The notes under the pieces were generated by a model. It saw only the letters and a program-made list of their open reading frames with translations. It ran no database searches and was not told the DNA's origin. Positions 50,568 to 61,696 of a DNA stretch of 64,000 nucleotides are shown piece by piece. The first letter of the stretch is position 1. Each line of letters begins with the position of its first letter. The position numbers and the translations under genes were made by a program. The stretch is from Trichodelitschia bisporula (taxonomy: Eukaryota), in NCBI GenBank assembly GCA_010356995.1, contig ML996691.1, forward strand, positions 378,174-442,173, in the 5' to 3' direction.

Positions 50568-52571
50568 ATGAACCACACAAACCACGAAATGAACCCCCAC
50601 GCCCCTCTCCGGCTCCTCACTCTCGATGGAGGCGGGGTGCGCGGACTAGCCAGCTTAATGGTGCTCGACGACCTGATGGAGAACATAGCCCGAGAAGAAA
50701 AGCGTCTCGGGATCCGAAAGCGTGACGACCAGACACGTCCCAAGCCATGCGACTACTTCGACCTGATAGGCGGCACCAGCACCGGCGGTATCATCGCCGT
50801 GCTCCTCGGACGCCTCCAGCTAGACGTTCGGAAATGCATCGAAATCTACACCAAACTAGCCGAGCAAATCTTCAAGCGCGACCGCTCCATCACCGTGGGA
50901 GGCATGAAGCTCCCCACCGGCTCAACCCGTTTCTCGGGCGCCGTCCTCGAAAAAGCAATCAAAGACGCCCTGAAAGAACTCGGCCACGACGAAGACACAA
51001 CCATGTGGGACGACAGTCTGTTCGAGGAAATCGACCCGCTGGCCGATACGAAGGATAGCATCTGGGTCGACCACCTCAACGAATCCCCCACCGTGATCCG
51101 ATCCCGAACCGCCACCGCCGCAACCACCACCGCCGAATCCTCCCTCGAACACTCCACCGCCACCGTCAAATCCACCGACACCGCGCACAAGCCCCACCGC
51201 GCTTCAACCTGGAAATACCACTCCGGGGCCTGTGTCCACCGCCGCCCCAACCGCCGCGGCTGCCGCACGCTCGTCGTCTCCGTGCTCAAGAACGCGCTCG
51301 GCCTGCCCCGCATCTTGTCTACTTACGACCCCAACGACCGCACCACGTGCATCTGGCAAGCGCTGCGGGCAACATCCGCCGCACCTACCTTCTTCGAGGA
51401 AATCACCTTCGGGACCCCGAAAATGACCTACCTGGACGGCGGCATGGGGTTCAACAACCCGAGCGCCGAAGTCGCCTACGCCGCGAAATCCATCTGGGAA
51501 GGCCGTAACATAGGCGTCATTGTGTCCGTCGGCACTGGGCTGCAAACTATCCCCAGCGTGCAAAAACACGCCGCCTGGCTGCCCTTCGGCCTGGGGCAGG
51601 ATATCAGTCTCGCCTCGGCGCTCGCGAGCATGGCTACGGGCACCGCGCGCGTGGACAACGAAATGCAGCGCATGTACTACGACTCACCGACCAAGTACTA
51701 CCGCTTCGACGTGGACACGGGGCTGGCGGATGTCAGCCTCGAGCAGTGGATGAAGGAAGATGAGATGGCGAGCTTGACGGAGCAGTATATGGGCGACCCT
51801 AGGCAACTCAGACATGCGAAGAGGCTTGGGGAGTTGTTGGTGCAGCTCAGTGCTCTGCCGCCGAAGTTCGAGGTCCGCGCTGAGGACTTTAAGATCGGCA
51901 TGGCGGGCGCGGATGTTAGTGCCGGCGCGTTCGAGTGGCATGATTTGGACTTCAAGACGGGGTTTGCGCTGGGACTGCGCGCGCAAGGGATTAGTCCAGA
52001 GCAGGTTCCTGCGCTCGCGGCGCTGCGCTCGACGAGTCCTAGTGGTGTCCCTGGGTTGGCGGTTGATACGACGGGCGTGGCGAGGGCAGTGCTCCCCGTA
52101 GCGCAGGACCTGGATCGGGATGGGAGGAGGGAGGAAGCCCGTGTTGCGACGTGTGTGCGGGCGGATGTCGTCTGCCTCCGGATGTTGCGGACACGCGTGC
52201 CGCAGGGGCGATACCGCGTTCGGTTCATAGTGTGTTTTTTCGACACCGAACACACGCCCCCCGTCGATGTTGTTTTCAGCGCTGGGAAGCCGTCGGATAC
52301 GGTTGCTTTCCTGCGCAGGTTTGTGGATGTGCGGATTAGTCCTGATATTGGGCCTGTGCTGTTACAGCCTGATGCGGTGAGGGTGAGGGTTGGTACTGAG
52401 AGGTGGGAGGAGAAGAAGGGTAGGAGCTGGGTTGAGATTGAGGGGGATGAGGAGGTGCAGGTTGGGCTTGATGGGGCGTTGGGGATTGTGGTTAGCCGGA
52501 GGTTTGAGGAGGGGGTTTATGTTGGGGGGTGGAGTTTTGGGGGGGTTAGGCTGGAGCCGGTTTTTGTTTGA
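50568..52571 (+). CDS. Patatin-like phospholipase with C-terminal beta-rich (PP2-like?) domain; single exon
   Basis: LTLDGGGVRG oxyanion motif, GGTSTGG nucleophile, RATSAAPTFF, YLDGG catalytic Asp; uninterrupted 667-aa ORF. Confidence 0.92.
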   Translation: MNHTNHEMNPHAPLRLLTLDGGGVRGLASLMVLDDLMENIAREEKRLGIRKRDDQTRPKPCDYFDLIGGTSTGGIIAVLLGRLQLDVRKCIEIYTKLAEQIFKRDRSITVGGMKLPTGSTRFSGAVLEKAIKDALKELGHDEDTTMWDDSLFEEIDPLADTKDSIWVDHLNESPTVIRSRTATAATTTAESSLEHSTATVKSTDTAHKPHRASTWKYHSGACVHRRPNRRGCRTLVVSVLKNALGLPRILSTYDPNDRTTCIWQALRATSAAPTFFEEITFGTPKMTYLDGGMGFNNPSAEVAYAAKSIWEGRNIGVIVSVGTGLQTIPSVQKHAAWLPFGLGQDISLASALASMATGTARVDNEMQRMYYDSPTKYYRFDVDTGLADVSLEQWMKEDEMASLTEQYMGDPRQLRHAKRLGELLVQLSALPPKFEVRAEDFKIGMAGADVSAGAFEWHDLDFKTGFALGLRAQGISPEQVPALAALRSTSPSGVPGLAVDTTGVARAVLPVAQDLDRDGRREEARVATCVRADVVCLRMLRTRVPQGRYRVRFIVCFFDTEHTPPVDVVFSAGKPSDTVAFLRRFVDVRISPDIGPVLLQPDAVRVRVGTERWEEKKGRSWVEIEGDEEVQVGLDGALGIVVSRRFEEGVYVGGWSFGGVRLEPVFV

Positions 52572-52784
52572 TGCATGATGCATGAGTTGGACAGCATTTG
52601 GTATTCATGGGTCACTTCACTACATTGGGAGTTGGCGAGCATGGCGCATCGCATGTCGAGGGGAAAAGCACAGCGCACAGCGTCTAGACACTATCGTAAT
52701 CATCTATTTTTGCATTTGGTTGAAGCTGCTCTACCACAGCCTACTTATCTCCTCTCCTATGTACAGCCAGCATCGCCTGTACCC

Positions 52785-54561
52785 CTATTCCCAGGGGTTC
52801 GGCATGTTGATACTCCTGTACTTCGCCTTCACAGTAAACGGCTCCAACCCCGTAGCCATATTCCACACAACATTGTTGTACGCCGCCTTAATGCAATCAT
52901 TCACCCCAACCCCCGTGTACGAGCTCCCCGCTACACTCAACCCATCCCCAAACGTCCTCTTCAACCCATGATGCGCCTGCGCCATCCGCGCCGTGTGGCC
53001 CACCGTGTACTGCGGGATACACTCCTTCTGAGAACTGAAGTTGACCGCAGCGGGCTCAGCCGTAATCCCCAACTGCCGCGCCACCGTCTCCTTCGCAAAA
53101 CGAATGCTCTGCTCTTCCCCGGGAATCTCGCTCCACCCATCCCACCAATGGCCCCCCAACATAACCGTGAGCTTCGTGCCCGGCACGCTGTCCTGGCCTT
53201 GGACGATTTCAGAATCGTACACTATGCCGAGCGCCCAGCAGGGATTATCCTCCAGAGGCGTGGTTTGAGGAATCAGACTGCCGAAGCCGCGGATGGGGAG
53301 CAGGTGAGGATCCGGGTACCAGAGGTTGATGACGTTGACGGTGACGGCCGGGATGGTGGAGAGGAGGGGGACGAGCGGGGTGCCGGAGGGGGCGGTGAGC
53401 ATGGAGGAGAGGGTTTTGGCGGGGCAGGTTGCTATGACGTTGGTGAAGGTTTGGGGCTCAGCGCTGTCTTTGGTAAAGACCTTCTGTCGTTAGCCTTGGC
53501 CGTACGAAAAAGAGAGAGCGAGCTGAATACCTTCACGCGCAACTTGTCCTCCGAAGGCTCCAACTTCGTAACCGGCGTACCCTTGCGAATCGTAACCCCC
53601 TTCTGCAGCAACTTCTCCTCCAGCCGCCTAGAAAGCTGCTCCAAGCCCCCCCTTAGCGTAAACACACTCGAACTCGCCATATTATGCCTCAGCACCAGAT
53701 CAGCCGGCGCATCCGTCTCAAACAAGCGCTTCTGCAGCGCCTCATCCTTCTCCTCCCACAACGTGCGAATAGCCGGGCTCCCTAGCACCAAGCTCCCATA
53801 TTCCTTCTCCCCATGCCACAAGCTAGGCAACAAGCTCCGCGCACTCAGCTGCCAGATATCCCCCGCGTAGATGCCGTGGAATACCGCACTCGTGAGGTTA
53901 TTCGCAATCGCCTTGTTCATGCGGCGCGTGACGAAGCTGCCTACCGACTCGTCGGTCACATTGTCCGGCCGGGGCGAGACTTGGGGCTCGCTGAATACGC
54001 CGGAGATGATGCCCTTGAGCGCAGGCTGTGTGAAGAGCTTCATACCCAGGTCGAGCAGGCCGAGTTTCGGGTGCGGCAGCTCCACGAGCTTGCCATTGTA
54101 GAGCCAGCGCCGGATCGCAGCGGGCGAGTCCTTGCTGCCGAAGATGAGATCATCCTTCAGGCCCAGCTCCTCGATCTACGAAAATCAGACGAAAGATCCA
54201 ATTGTCCGGCAGGCAGACTCACCAGTGTCGCAACCGCACGCCCCCCCGGCGGCGTCGGCCTCAACGTCCGCGCCCCCGTCTCAAACAGCACCCTACCCCC
54301 AGGAACATCCACATGTTTAGACTGAATCCACCCGCCCGTCCGGTCCGCAGCCTCAAAGAGCGTAATCTTAGTCCGATGCTTCTTTTGGTCCGTGGTCTGG
54401 CTGCGCTGATACAGGAACCACGCGGTGCTGAGCCCGGTGATGCCGCCGCCGATGACCGCGAAGTCGCCGCCGGGGGCGCTGGCGCTGAGATACCGGCGTC
54501 CGAGACAGAGGCGGAGGGCGCGCGGGGCTACGCGCGGGAGGGGGGAGAGGAGGGGAGGCAT
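52785..54561 (-). CDS. HEM14: Protoporphyrinogen oxidase
   Basis: Mitochondrial presequence, VIGGGITGL, RTGGWIQS, FETGARTL, GIYAGD, CIPQYTVGH, GVGVNDC. Introns 54222-54176 and 53530-53481. Confidence 0.93.
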
Positions 54562-55144
54562 TGGCGGTGCAGGCACCGCGCTGGTGCGCGATGTTGCGGC
54601 GCGGTGGAATTTGGTGTAGTCGGCTTCGGAGGTTTGGTGTAGCCGAGAGAGGCGCGTTGCAGGGAAGTGGGAAAACGAGATGTGGAACAACGCAGGGTTG
54701 GGAAATCAAGAGGTGAAGCACGCGATAAAGATGGCAGAGGAGAAATCAAGGAAGCTCGCAAAGTTTGCACTTGGACTTTTAGCACAGGTCTATCGCCGAG
54801 GGCAACGAACTTTTGTCATTCTTGCCGTCCGGTCTTCATACCAGACAGCTTTGCCGACCCTCTCTCGCAAGCAAAAGACCTAAGCATACCAAAGTTCAGC
54901 ACTCAACTCCTAGTCACAAACCAGATCCTCTTTTCCCGACAAAGACACCAGCGGCCTTGACTGGCGGCCTGCAATTCCGTTACGCCTGATAGAGAGCTCG
55001 ACATGGTAGTACAGTAAAAAGAAGCAACCAGAGCCAGTCTCCCCATTGATCAAAGGCCATGCATCCCATAAAGAGCATCCGTGAAAAGCAACCCCCATCC
55101 CCAGTCCACCCCCATCATGACCATTCAGCCGTGCATCATCCAAA

Positions 55145-56740
55145 TTAAGTGATAATCTGCGTCTCAACCTCGACGTTCTGCGTGCCGGGAATTATGAGTT
55201 CCTCCTCGCCTCCCTCGTCATCCACAAACTTGCGCTCGCTCACGTGCTCCTTCTTGTCATCCTCCGCCTTCCACACCTTGTCGTCGAACGCTCCACGCTT
55301 CTGCCCATCGGCATGCTTGAACGGGCACTGCGGGTTGAGACAGGGGTTGAACTTGCACTTCGTCGGGTTGTGGAAGAACGTGCATCCTTCGGTAGTGCAG
55401 TCGGCTCCGTTCCGGCACTCGCGAACATGACGGAAGGGGCAGTTCGGGAATTTGGTGCAGTAGGAGCCGAACTTGCAGTCCATCTGGGACTGATGCGCAA
55501 TCTTCTTGCCTGGTGAGGGATGGCGACCGACACACTTGGGGTTGGTGCAAGCGACGCCGTACGAGCACTCGTCGCTCATGTCGATAGTGACACCCGGCCG
55601 CGCTGCGGGAGACTGATGGGCGAAGGGGCAGTCAGGCTTCGTGCAAGCCAGGTTGAAGTGGCAGAGCGTCATAGACGGGTCCTTCCCTTCACCACCTTCG
55701 CCGTCGACAGGCGACTTCATCGGAGCGTCTTCACCCATAGCAACATCCTCCTTGTGAGACTTCTGTTGTTGACCATGGGGGTGCTGCTGCCGTCCCCGAT
55801 CCTGGAACCGGTCGCCGCGCCCCCGATGTGGCCTGTTCTCCACGCGATCGAACATGGACCGGCCTTGAGGCTGACCTTGGGGCGGCATGCCTTGCTGTGG
55901 GAAAGGAGGTACCATGCCCGTACCGGTCAACTGTGCCATCATGCGAGCTTGCTCTTCAAACATGGCCATCATCTGTTGCATCTGCTGAGCTCCCATGACG
56001 ACCGGGTAGGGCGAAGCAGGCCCTCCCATCGGACCCATGGGCATCTGTTGCTGCATAGGTGGAATGCCCCGGCCGTTTCCTGCAGCGATACCGCGCTGGA
56101 TCTGCTGACTCCGAGGCCCCTTGGGGGGATCGCGCGAAGCATGCGAGTTTATCCGGCCAACGCCGCCTCCTCCGCGTATCCGATGCAACGCGGAGTCCCC
56201 AGAGCGGTCCATGTTCTTGTTCAGTTGACCAACCATGCGCTTGTTGAGTTTGGGGTTTGCACTGCCGTTGCGCATGAACTTGGGACCGGTGGGACTAACA
56301 AACACGTTAGCTTTGAAGTCGACACTCAATGGGAATACGCACACTCCCGGCCCTTGACCGTCACCTGCTTCGCGCATCTCAGAGTCATTGTTCTCGACGG
56401 ACGCGTAGGGCTCCGTCGCGGTTTGTTGCATCGCGTCTCCATTTCCGACCGGCGCAGACGTGCCGCCGTTGATCTGAGCGTTGAGGATCTCCACCTGTTC
56501 AAACAACCAGCGCGCAAAGTCGACAGCGCCTTGATCGTTGGGTCCAAGGTCCAGCAAGTCGTTTGACAGTTCCGAGGCGATCTGTTCTTGAGACTTGCCG
56601 TTGGCAAGCATCAAAATGATGTACTCGGAAAGCGTGTCATCTTGCATGCCGGTGCTCCAGCCGACGTCAACGAGCTTCGGAAGCACGATGGTCTGCAGAG
56701 CCTCCGCCAAAGGCGTGTTGACCGCGACTTCTACCGGCAT
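55145..56740 (-). CDS. NAB2: Nuclear poly(A) RNA-binding CCCH zinc-finger protein Nab2-like
   Basis: N-terminal PWI-like LSEYIILMLANGK, tandem CCCH fingers (CTKPDCPFAHQSP, CTNPKCVGRHPS, CLNPQCPFKH); intron 56342-56295. Confidence 0.88.
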   Translation of the reverse strand: MPVEVAVNTPLAEALQTIVLPKLVDVGWSTGMQDDTLSEYIILMLANGKSQEQIASELSNDLLDLGPNDQGAVDFARWLFEQVEILNAQINGGTSAPVGNGDAMQQTATEPYASVENNDSEMREAGDGQGPGVCVFPLSVDFKANVFVSPTGPKFMRNGSANPKLNKRMVGQLNKNMDRSGDSALHRIRGGGGVGRINSHASRDPPKGPRSQQIQRGIAAGNGRGIPPMQQQMPMGPMGGPASPYPVVMGAQQMQQMMAMFEEQARMMAQLTGTGMVPPFPQQGMPPQGQPQGRSMFDRVENRPHRGRGDRFQDRGRQQHPHGQQQKSHKEDVAMGEDAPMKSPVDGEGGEGKDPSMTLCHFNLACTKPDCPFAHQSPAARPGVTIDMSDECSYGVACTNPKCVGRHPSPGKKIAHQSQMDCKFGSYCTKFPNCPFRHVRECRNGADCTTEGCTFFHNPTKCKFNPCLNPQCPFKHADGQKRGAFDDKVWKAEDDKKEHVSERKFVDDEGGEEELIIPGTQNVEVETQIIT

Positions 56741-57575
56741 GTCGGAAGAGGTTCGATCGTGAGATGTCGAGGAAGGCGTAGAGTTTGTCAGTTGCAGGCT
56801 GTCGCAAACGTGGGTGATGGTTGATGGAGAGTGGCGATGACTTGGGGGAAAAGAGGGCGAAAGCGTCGGCGAAGGAGCGCACGGGCCGATAAATGCCGTG
56901 TGGAAGGTTGCCGGGGGGAGAGAGAGGGCAGAATGCGGTCGCAAGAAGAGTGTAGTTGGGAAGCGGACGTGGGATTTTCGAGTGGAGGTGCTGGTGATGT
57001 TGGTGTTGGTGGTGGTTGTGGGTGGTGGGAGGTGGAGTTGGGTGTGCGAAGAATGACGAAATATGGTGATTGTTTGGGTGAAGCAAAGGTTCCTTTCAAC
57101 GCGGCACCTTTGGGGCTTTGGGGAGGAAATCTTGGGGGAGTGACAGGATGACTGGGCGGAGCTAACACCTTTGCAGCGACGGGAGGCAAGAGAGAAGAAG
57201 AGCCGCGCTTGTCTCGACCAATGATAGAAGCCTTGCTGATTCAGCTTTTCAGTGGACCGATGATTATCCGACAGCCGATTCAAAGAACATATAGCATCAG
57301 CCACACATAAGCAGAGTGTCAAGCCACAGAGAGCAAAAGAGAAGGTGGCGTGGCTTGGCGCGTTTGGGTGTCTTGGCACAAAACTTCTAGCAAGTTCCGG
57401 CGTGCTGGTGCTTTGCTTGCTCTTTCTCTCCTGGCAACCAAACACCTCACTTCAACCAACCAAAAAGTCCTGAAAACAGGCCTTCACTGCTTGTTCCATC
57501 ATCACCATCTGTTTCACGAGCGCATCTACACTTCTTCTAATTTCTCCCACCCGCACGTCTCCCCCAATCCTCGCC

Positions 57576-58540
57576 ATGTCTCGCGGTGGCACAACTCTCT
57601 ACGTGACGGGCTTCGGGCACGGCACGCGTGCTCGCGACCTCGCGTACGAGTTCGAACGGTACGTCTATAGCGGTGGCTTCACTGCCTCGAACACGATGAC
57701 AGCTCCTGCGGTCTTACGAAATCACTTCCTTTACGAAGTTGATGCCCTCTCCTCCCGTCCCCTCTAGGCCGGTGCCTTCCCTCACACGCGTCCCCCTGCT
57801 CCATAAACGTCTCGGACTGCTGTCAGTAGCGGACTTATCTCATTCAATTGGCTACGAAACTGTCTTGCTAGGTAAGCTTTGGATGCTAACGTTCTACTCA
57901 GCTACGGTCGCCTCGTGCGCTGCGACATTCCTGCCCCCCGTTCGGCTTCCAGTCGCCTGTGAGTATTGGTCGACTTTACGACGGAGCACCCACGTACTGA
58001 CTTTGCAGCAGCTTCGCATTTGTGGAATACGAGAGCCGTCGTGATGCTGATGACGCGTACCACGAGATGCACAACAAGCGCATCGGCCGCGATGATCTTC
58101 TCAAGATCGAGGTATTTACAGCCTAATCGTCACCATGACGTATGCTTATCATACTGTAGTGGGCTCGCACTCCGCCCTCAGCATCCTGGCGGTTTGAATC
58201 AGGCCGCGACCGTCGCGTGCGCGATCGCTCTCCTCGTCGTAGCGGCCGTAGCCAGTCACCCCCCCGTCGCCGTGATTATTCGCCTCGGAAGGACGAGCGT
58301 CGCGAGCGCGACTTCGACCGTCGGGAGCGTGATCGCTCTCGGAGCCCCGACCCGCGTGATCGGGATCGCGAGATGAAAGATGAGCGTGAGGATGAGCGTG
58401 AGCGTGACAACGGCACCAACGGTGATGACCGCAAGGGTTCGCCTATGTCGATGAACATATCCGAGGAAGTGGCTGACGCATAACCAGTTCCCGTTGACTC
58501 ACCGGCTCCCGTCCATGATGAGTTTGATACTGCTGAGTAA
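57576..58540 (+). CDS. SR-family splicing factor (single RRM + RS/RD domain; Srp1-like)
   Basis: RNP2 TLYVTGF, RNP1 LFAFVEY, RS/RD/RE-rich tail. Introns 57659-57901, 57959-58011, ~58112-58159, ~58437-58488. Confidence 0.9.
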
Positions 58541-59799
58541 TGGCTGCACTTCCCACGCGGCAAGAAGTCAGTTGGGATTTCATATTCTAACTCTTCGCCT
58601 TTTTTAAAGTACTCGCCACGATCAAAAAGGAAGACCTAGCCCGGAACCAAAAGACCCTGGCCGGTGATTGCGACTGCAACTTGCTAATAAAACAAAAATG
58701 GGAACGGTGGCGAATAGGTGTCCGCATCCTCAACGGCAGTGAGGAGATACTCAATTCCTTTTCTCGGGCGGTTGTTCGGACGGTGCCGGTGGTTTTGCTC
58801 TTTCACACTGGGGGTCAAATTGATATTGCAAGCAGTTAATCGAACGGCTCGAGCGGATCCAACAGATCGTATCCTTCGCCACCGAACCTGCGATACTCGT
58901 CTCAACGTTCGCTCGAAAACCGATTGCCTTCATGTACTTTACGAATCGATTTAGTTCCCTCCGTCGCCCCATCCTCGACGCGCGTTCCTTGCCCGACGAC
59001 GCAGCGATGCGATTTTCACCCTCTTCCCGTGATTCGAAGTGTATCCGACCGACCCTTCCCGAGACGCTACGAAGCGGCAATGTTTTTGGTGGCTTCTTGA
59101 GCAGATGATATTTGAGTGTGGGTTCAGGTAGGTGACCCTGGCTTTCCTGGTGCAGGAAGCTGTGCCACTTGGAGTTAAGAGGTCGAGAGGTCTTTGCGAG
59201 AACTTGCATCTGCCTTTTGACTTTGGATGCTAACAATATCCCGACATCAGACTTCTTGGTGGGACATGGGAACGGCATCACTCCTTGGTTTGGTTTTATA
59301 CTGTATAATACCCTAAAGGGAAAGTGGTAGATGCTATGGATCAAATAGCTACGTAGCAAAGATACCAATTCTATCCATTAGCGCACAAAGGCCGTCCCTA
59401 CTATTCTGCTACCCATTCAAGCCTCAGCATCTGTGCAACGTACGGGTTATTCATATGCTCTACGTTGAATTGACTAGTATTTTATCGGAGCTGCATGCCA
59501 TGTACATGTACTTACGTGCCATTTGACCCACGACTTGCAATGCTAATTAATGTCGTTATCCTTCTCTGCCGCTCTCGATCACCCGCAGTAAATGGGTTTG
59601 TACCTTCATGACGTTGAGTGACGTTGGATGGTTTACCGTTTCAGCCAACCAAACGTGGTTTTGGTCCGAAAGGTCGACCCGACGCCGACTTGGCTCGTGC
59701 ACTGGCGACTTGGCAAACCCCCTCGCTAAGCCCACAGATCCAACGTCTACTTACCAAAACCACCACGACAACTCCATCGACAGACGGCCATCCAGCAAA

Positions 59800-60665
59800 A
59801 TGTGAGCCCCCCGTTCCACTATCAGCTATCGGCTATGGATACCATATACCTGGAGCATACACTCTTTTCGTTCCCGAACAGCCACGAATGCCCCGGGTTT
59901 TTGGCATCCCCGCACATTGGACTGATTGCTGATTTTGCCTCTCGTGCAGGGTCAACCTTCGCACTCAGAAGCGCCTTGCGGCGTCTGTCGTCGGCTGCGG
60001 CAAGAACAAGATCTGGCTCGATCCTAATGAGGTCAGCGAGATCTCAAACGCCAACTCCCGCCAGACCATCCGCAAGCTCGTCAAGGATGGCCTCATCATC
60101 CGCAAGCCGGTCACCATGCACTCGCGTGCTCGCGCTCGTGCCTTGACGGCTGCTCGTCGCATCGGTCGTCACCGTGGCTTTGGCAAGCGGAAGGGTACCA
60201 AGGATGCTCGTATGCCGAGGTATGATGACCCCGCAACCGATTCACATAGAACCTCAACAGAAGGCACTGTCCGGCACGTATGAACTGTTGCTTATTCTTG
60301 CACAGCCAGGTCCTCTGGATGCGCCGCCTCCGTGTCCTCCGCCGTCTCCTCGTCAAGTACCGTGCGAGCGGAAAGATCGACAAGCACCTTTACCATGAGC
60401 TCTACCACCTGAGCAAGGGTAACACCTTCAAGCACAAGCGCGCGCTTGTCGAGCACGTACGTTGGATTCTTTGTTATACGACGGCAGAGAGGCTTACAGT
60501 CATTAGATTCACAAGGCCAAGGCCGAGAAGGCTCGTGAGAAGGTTCTGCAAGACGAGATGGACGCCAAGCGGGCCAAGACCAAGGCTGCTCGTGAGCGGA
60601 GACAGCTCCGCGTCGAGCAGAAGCGGCAGGCTCTCGAGGAGGACGAGGAGGAGACGAAGGCTTAG
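59800..60665 (+). CDS. RPL19: 60S ribosomal protein L19 (eL19)
   Basis: AT/G start split by intron 59802-59949, then [39 protein letters not shown]; introns 60220-60305 and ~60457-60507. Confidence 0.96.
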
Positions 60666-61696
60666 AATGGATTTGCTTAAAATTGGGCTCATTATTGGGG
60701 ACGGTACCTCCGGCGTGGCTTTGATTCCTCCTTTCGGCACGGTCACGTTTCTGCATGTATGTATGGGTCTGAGGCTAGCAACCATCTAAGTCTTCCGGTT
60801 CTCATACTGTTGCTGGTAGTTTTGGCTGGAGCTGCATAAGGATGATGGCAAACGAGCATCGGCAGCTAGCGATGGAGGGATTTTGAAAAAGAGCTGAAAG
60901 GGTGACCCGCAAGGAAGGCATTTAAGGAGGTTCGATTTCATGAATGCCACTGGTTCATGCCGGCTTCCTGTCCAGCCTCCGACTTTGTCCTCATCGTAGT
61001 CCCACTAGTGCTAGCACTTCACAGTCCGGTCTCGCACGCTGCTGAGGACCCTCGCGGTGGGCTAAAATGCAGCGACGCCTTGACGAAGCTTGTGTGGTGA
61101 TGGGAATTCCATGTGAGGCGGGGTGGGTGGGAGGTTATCAGAATTGATGGTCTCTCTACGGTATCTTGCGGTGCCCACATACTGCACGGGAGGTGCGGTA
61201 GGAAATCCATGGGGGCACTCAAAGAAGTAATTTTACACGTGCGAAGGATTCGCGTATCTGCTTTGTGCGACATGGAGCGATGTGATAGAATGCGAGAGTT
61301 ATCAGTTCAAGTGATATGTCGCGAAAATAATGATGGACCATCAACGCCAAAATCGAAATGCATCTGGCAAGTGGGACTAGAAACGTGGTGGATGCTTTGC
61401 TCGTCATTCGCCAATGTTGATTGGGGCGCATTGCTAGGTTCGCGTCTGAGCGGGGCATCTGGCTGGGAAAGGCGTGCATTGCTTTGCATGGCGTACTCGG
61501 AGCTCCCCCTCCCCATCCCCCTTCAAAGAGCACGCGGAGAAGTAAGCTCTCGGATCGTCAAGAGAAGAAGAGTGGCTGGATTGCATTGAACCTCCTCCTC
61601 CTCGACTCCTCCAAGCTTTTCTTTCCATCGATCTTCTCCAAAGTCTTCAATTGCCATCAATTGGCATCGTCCCTATAGACGCTCCAGTCCTTAACC

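Noticed and set aside
52575..53870. 431-aa + strand ORF
   Set aside because: Antisense shadow of HEM14 in GC-rich DNA with no recognisable motifs.
56741..57445. 235-aa N-terminal extension of NAB2 in the ORF track
   Set aside because: Starts at a non-ATG codon, is low-complexity UTR-like sequence, and the recognisable protein begins at MPVEV (56740).
60220..60305. Intronic C/D box snoRNA in RPL19 intron 2
   Set aside because: ATGATGA overlaps the splice donor and there is no downstream CTGA D box or terminal stem.
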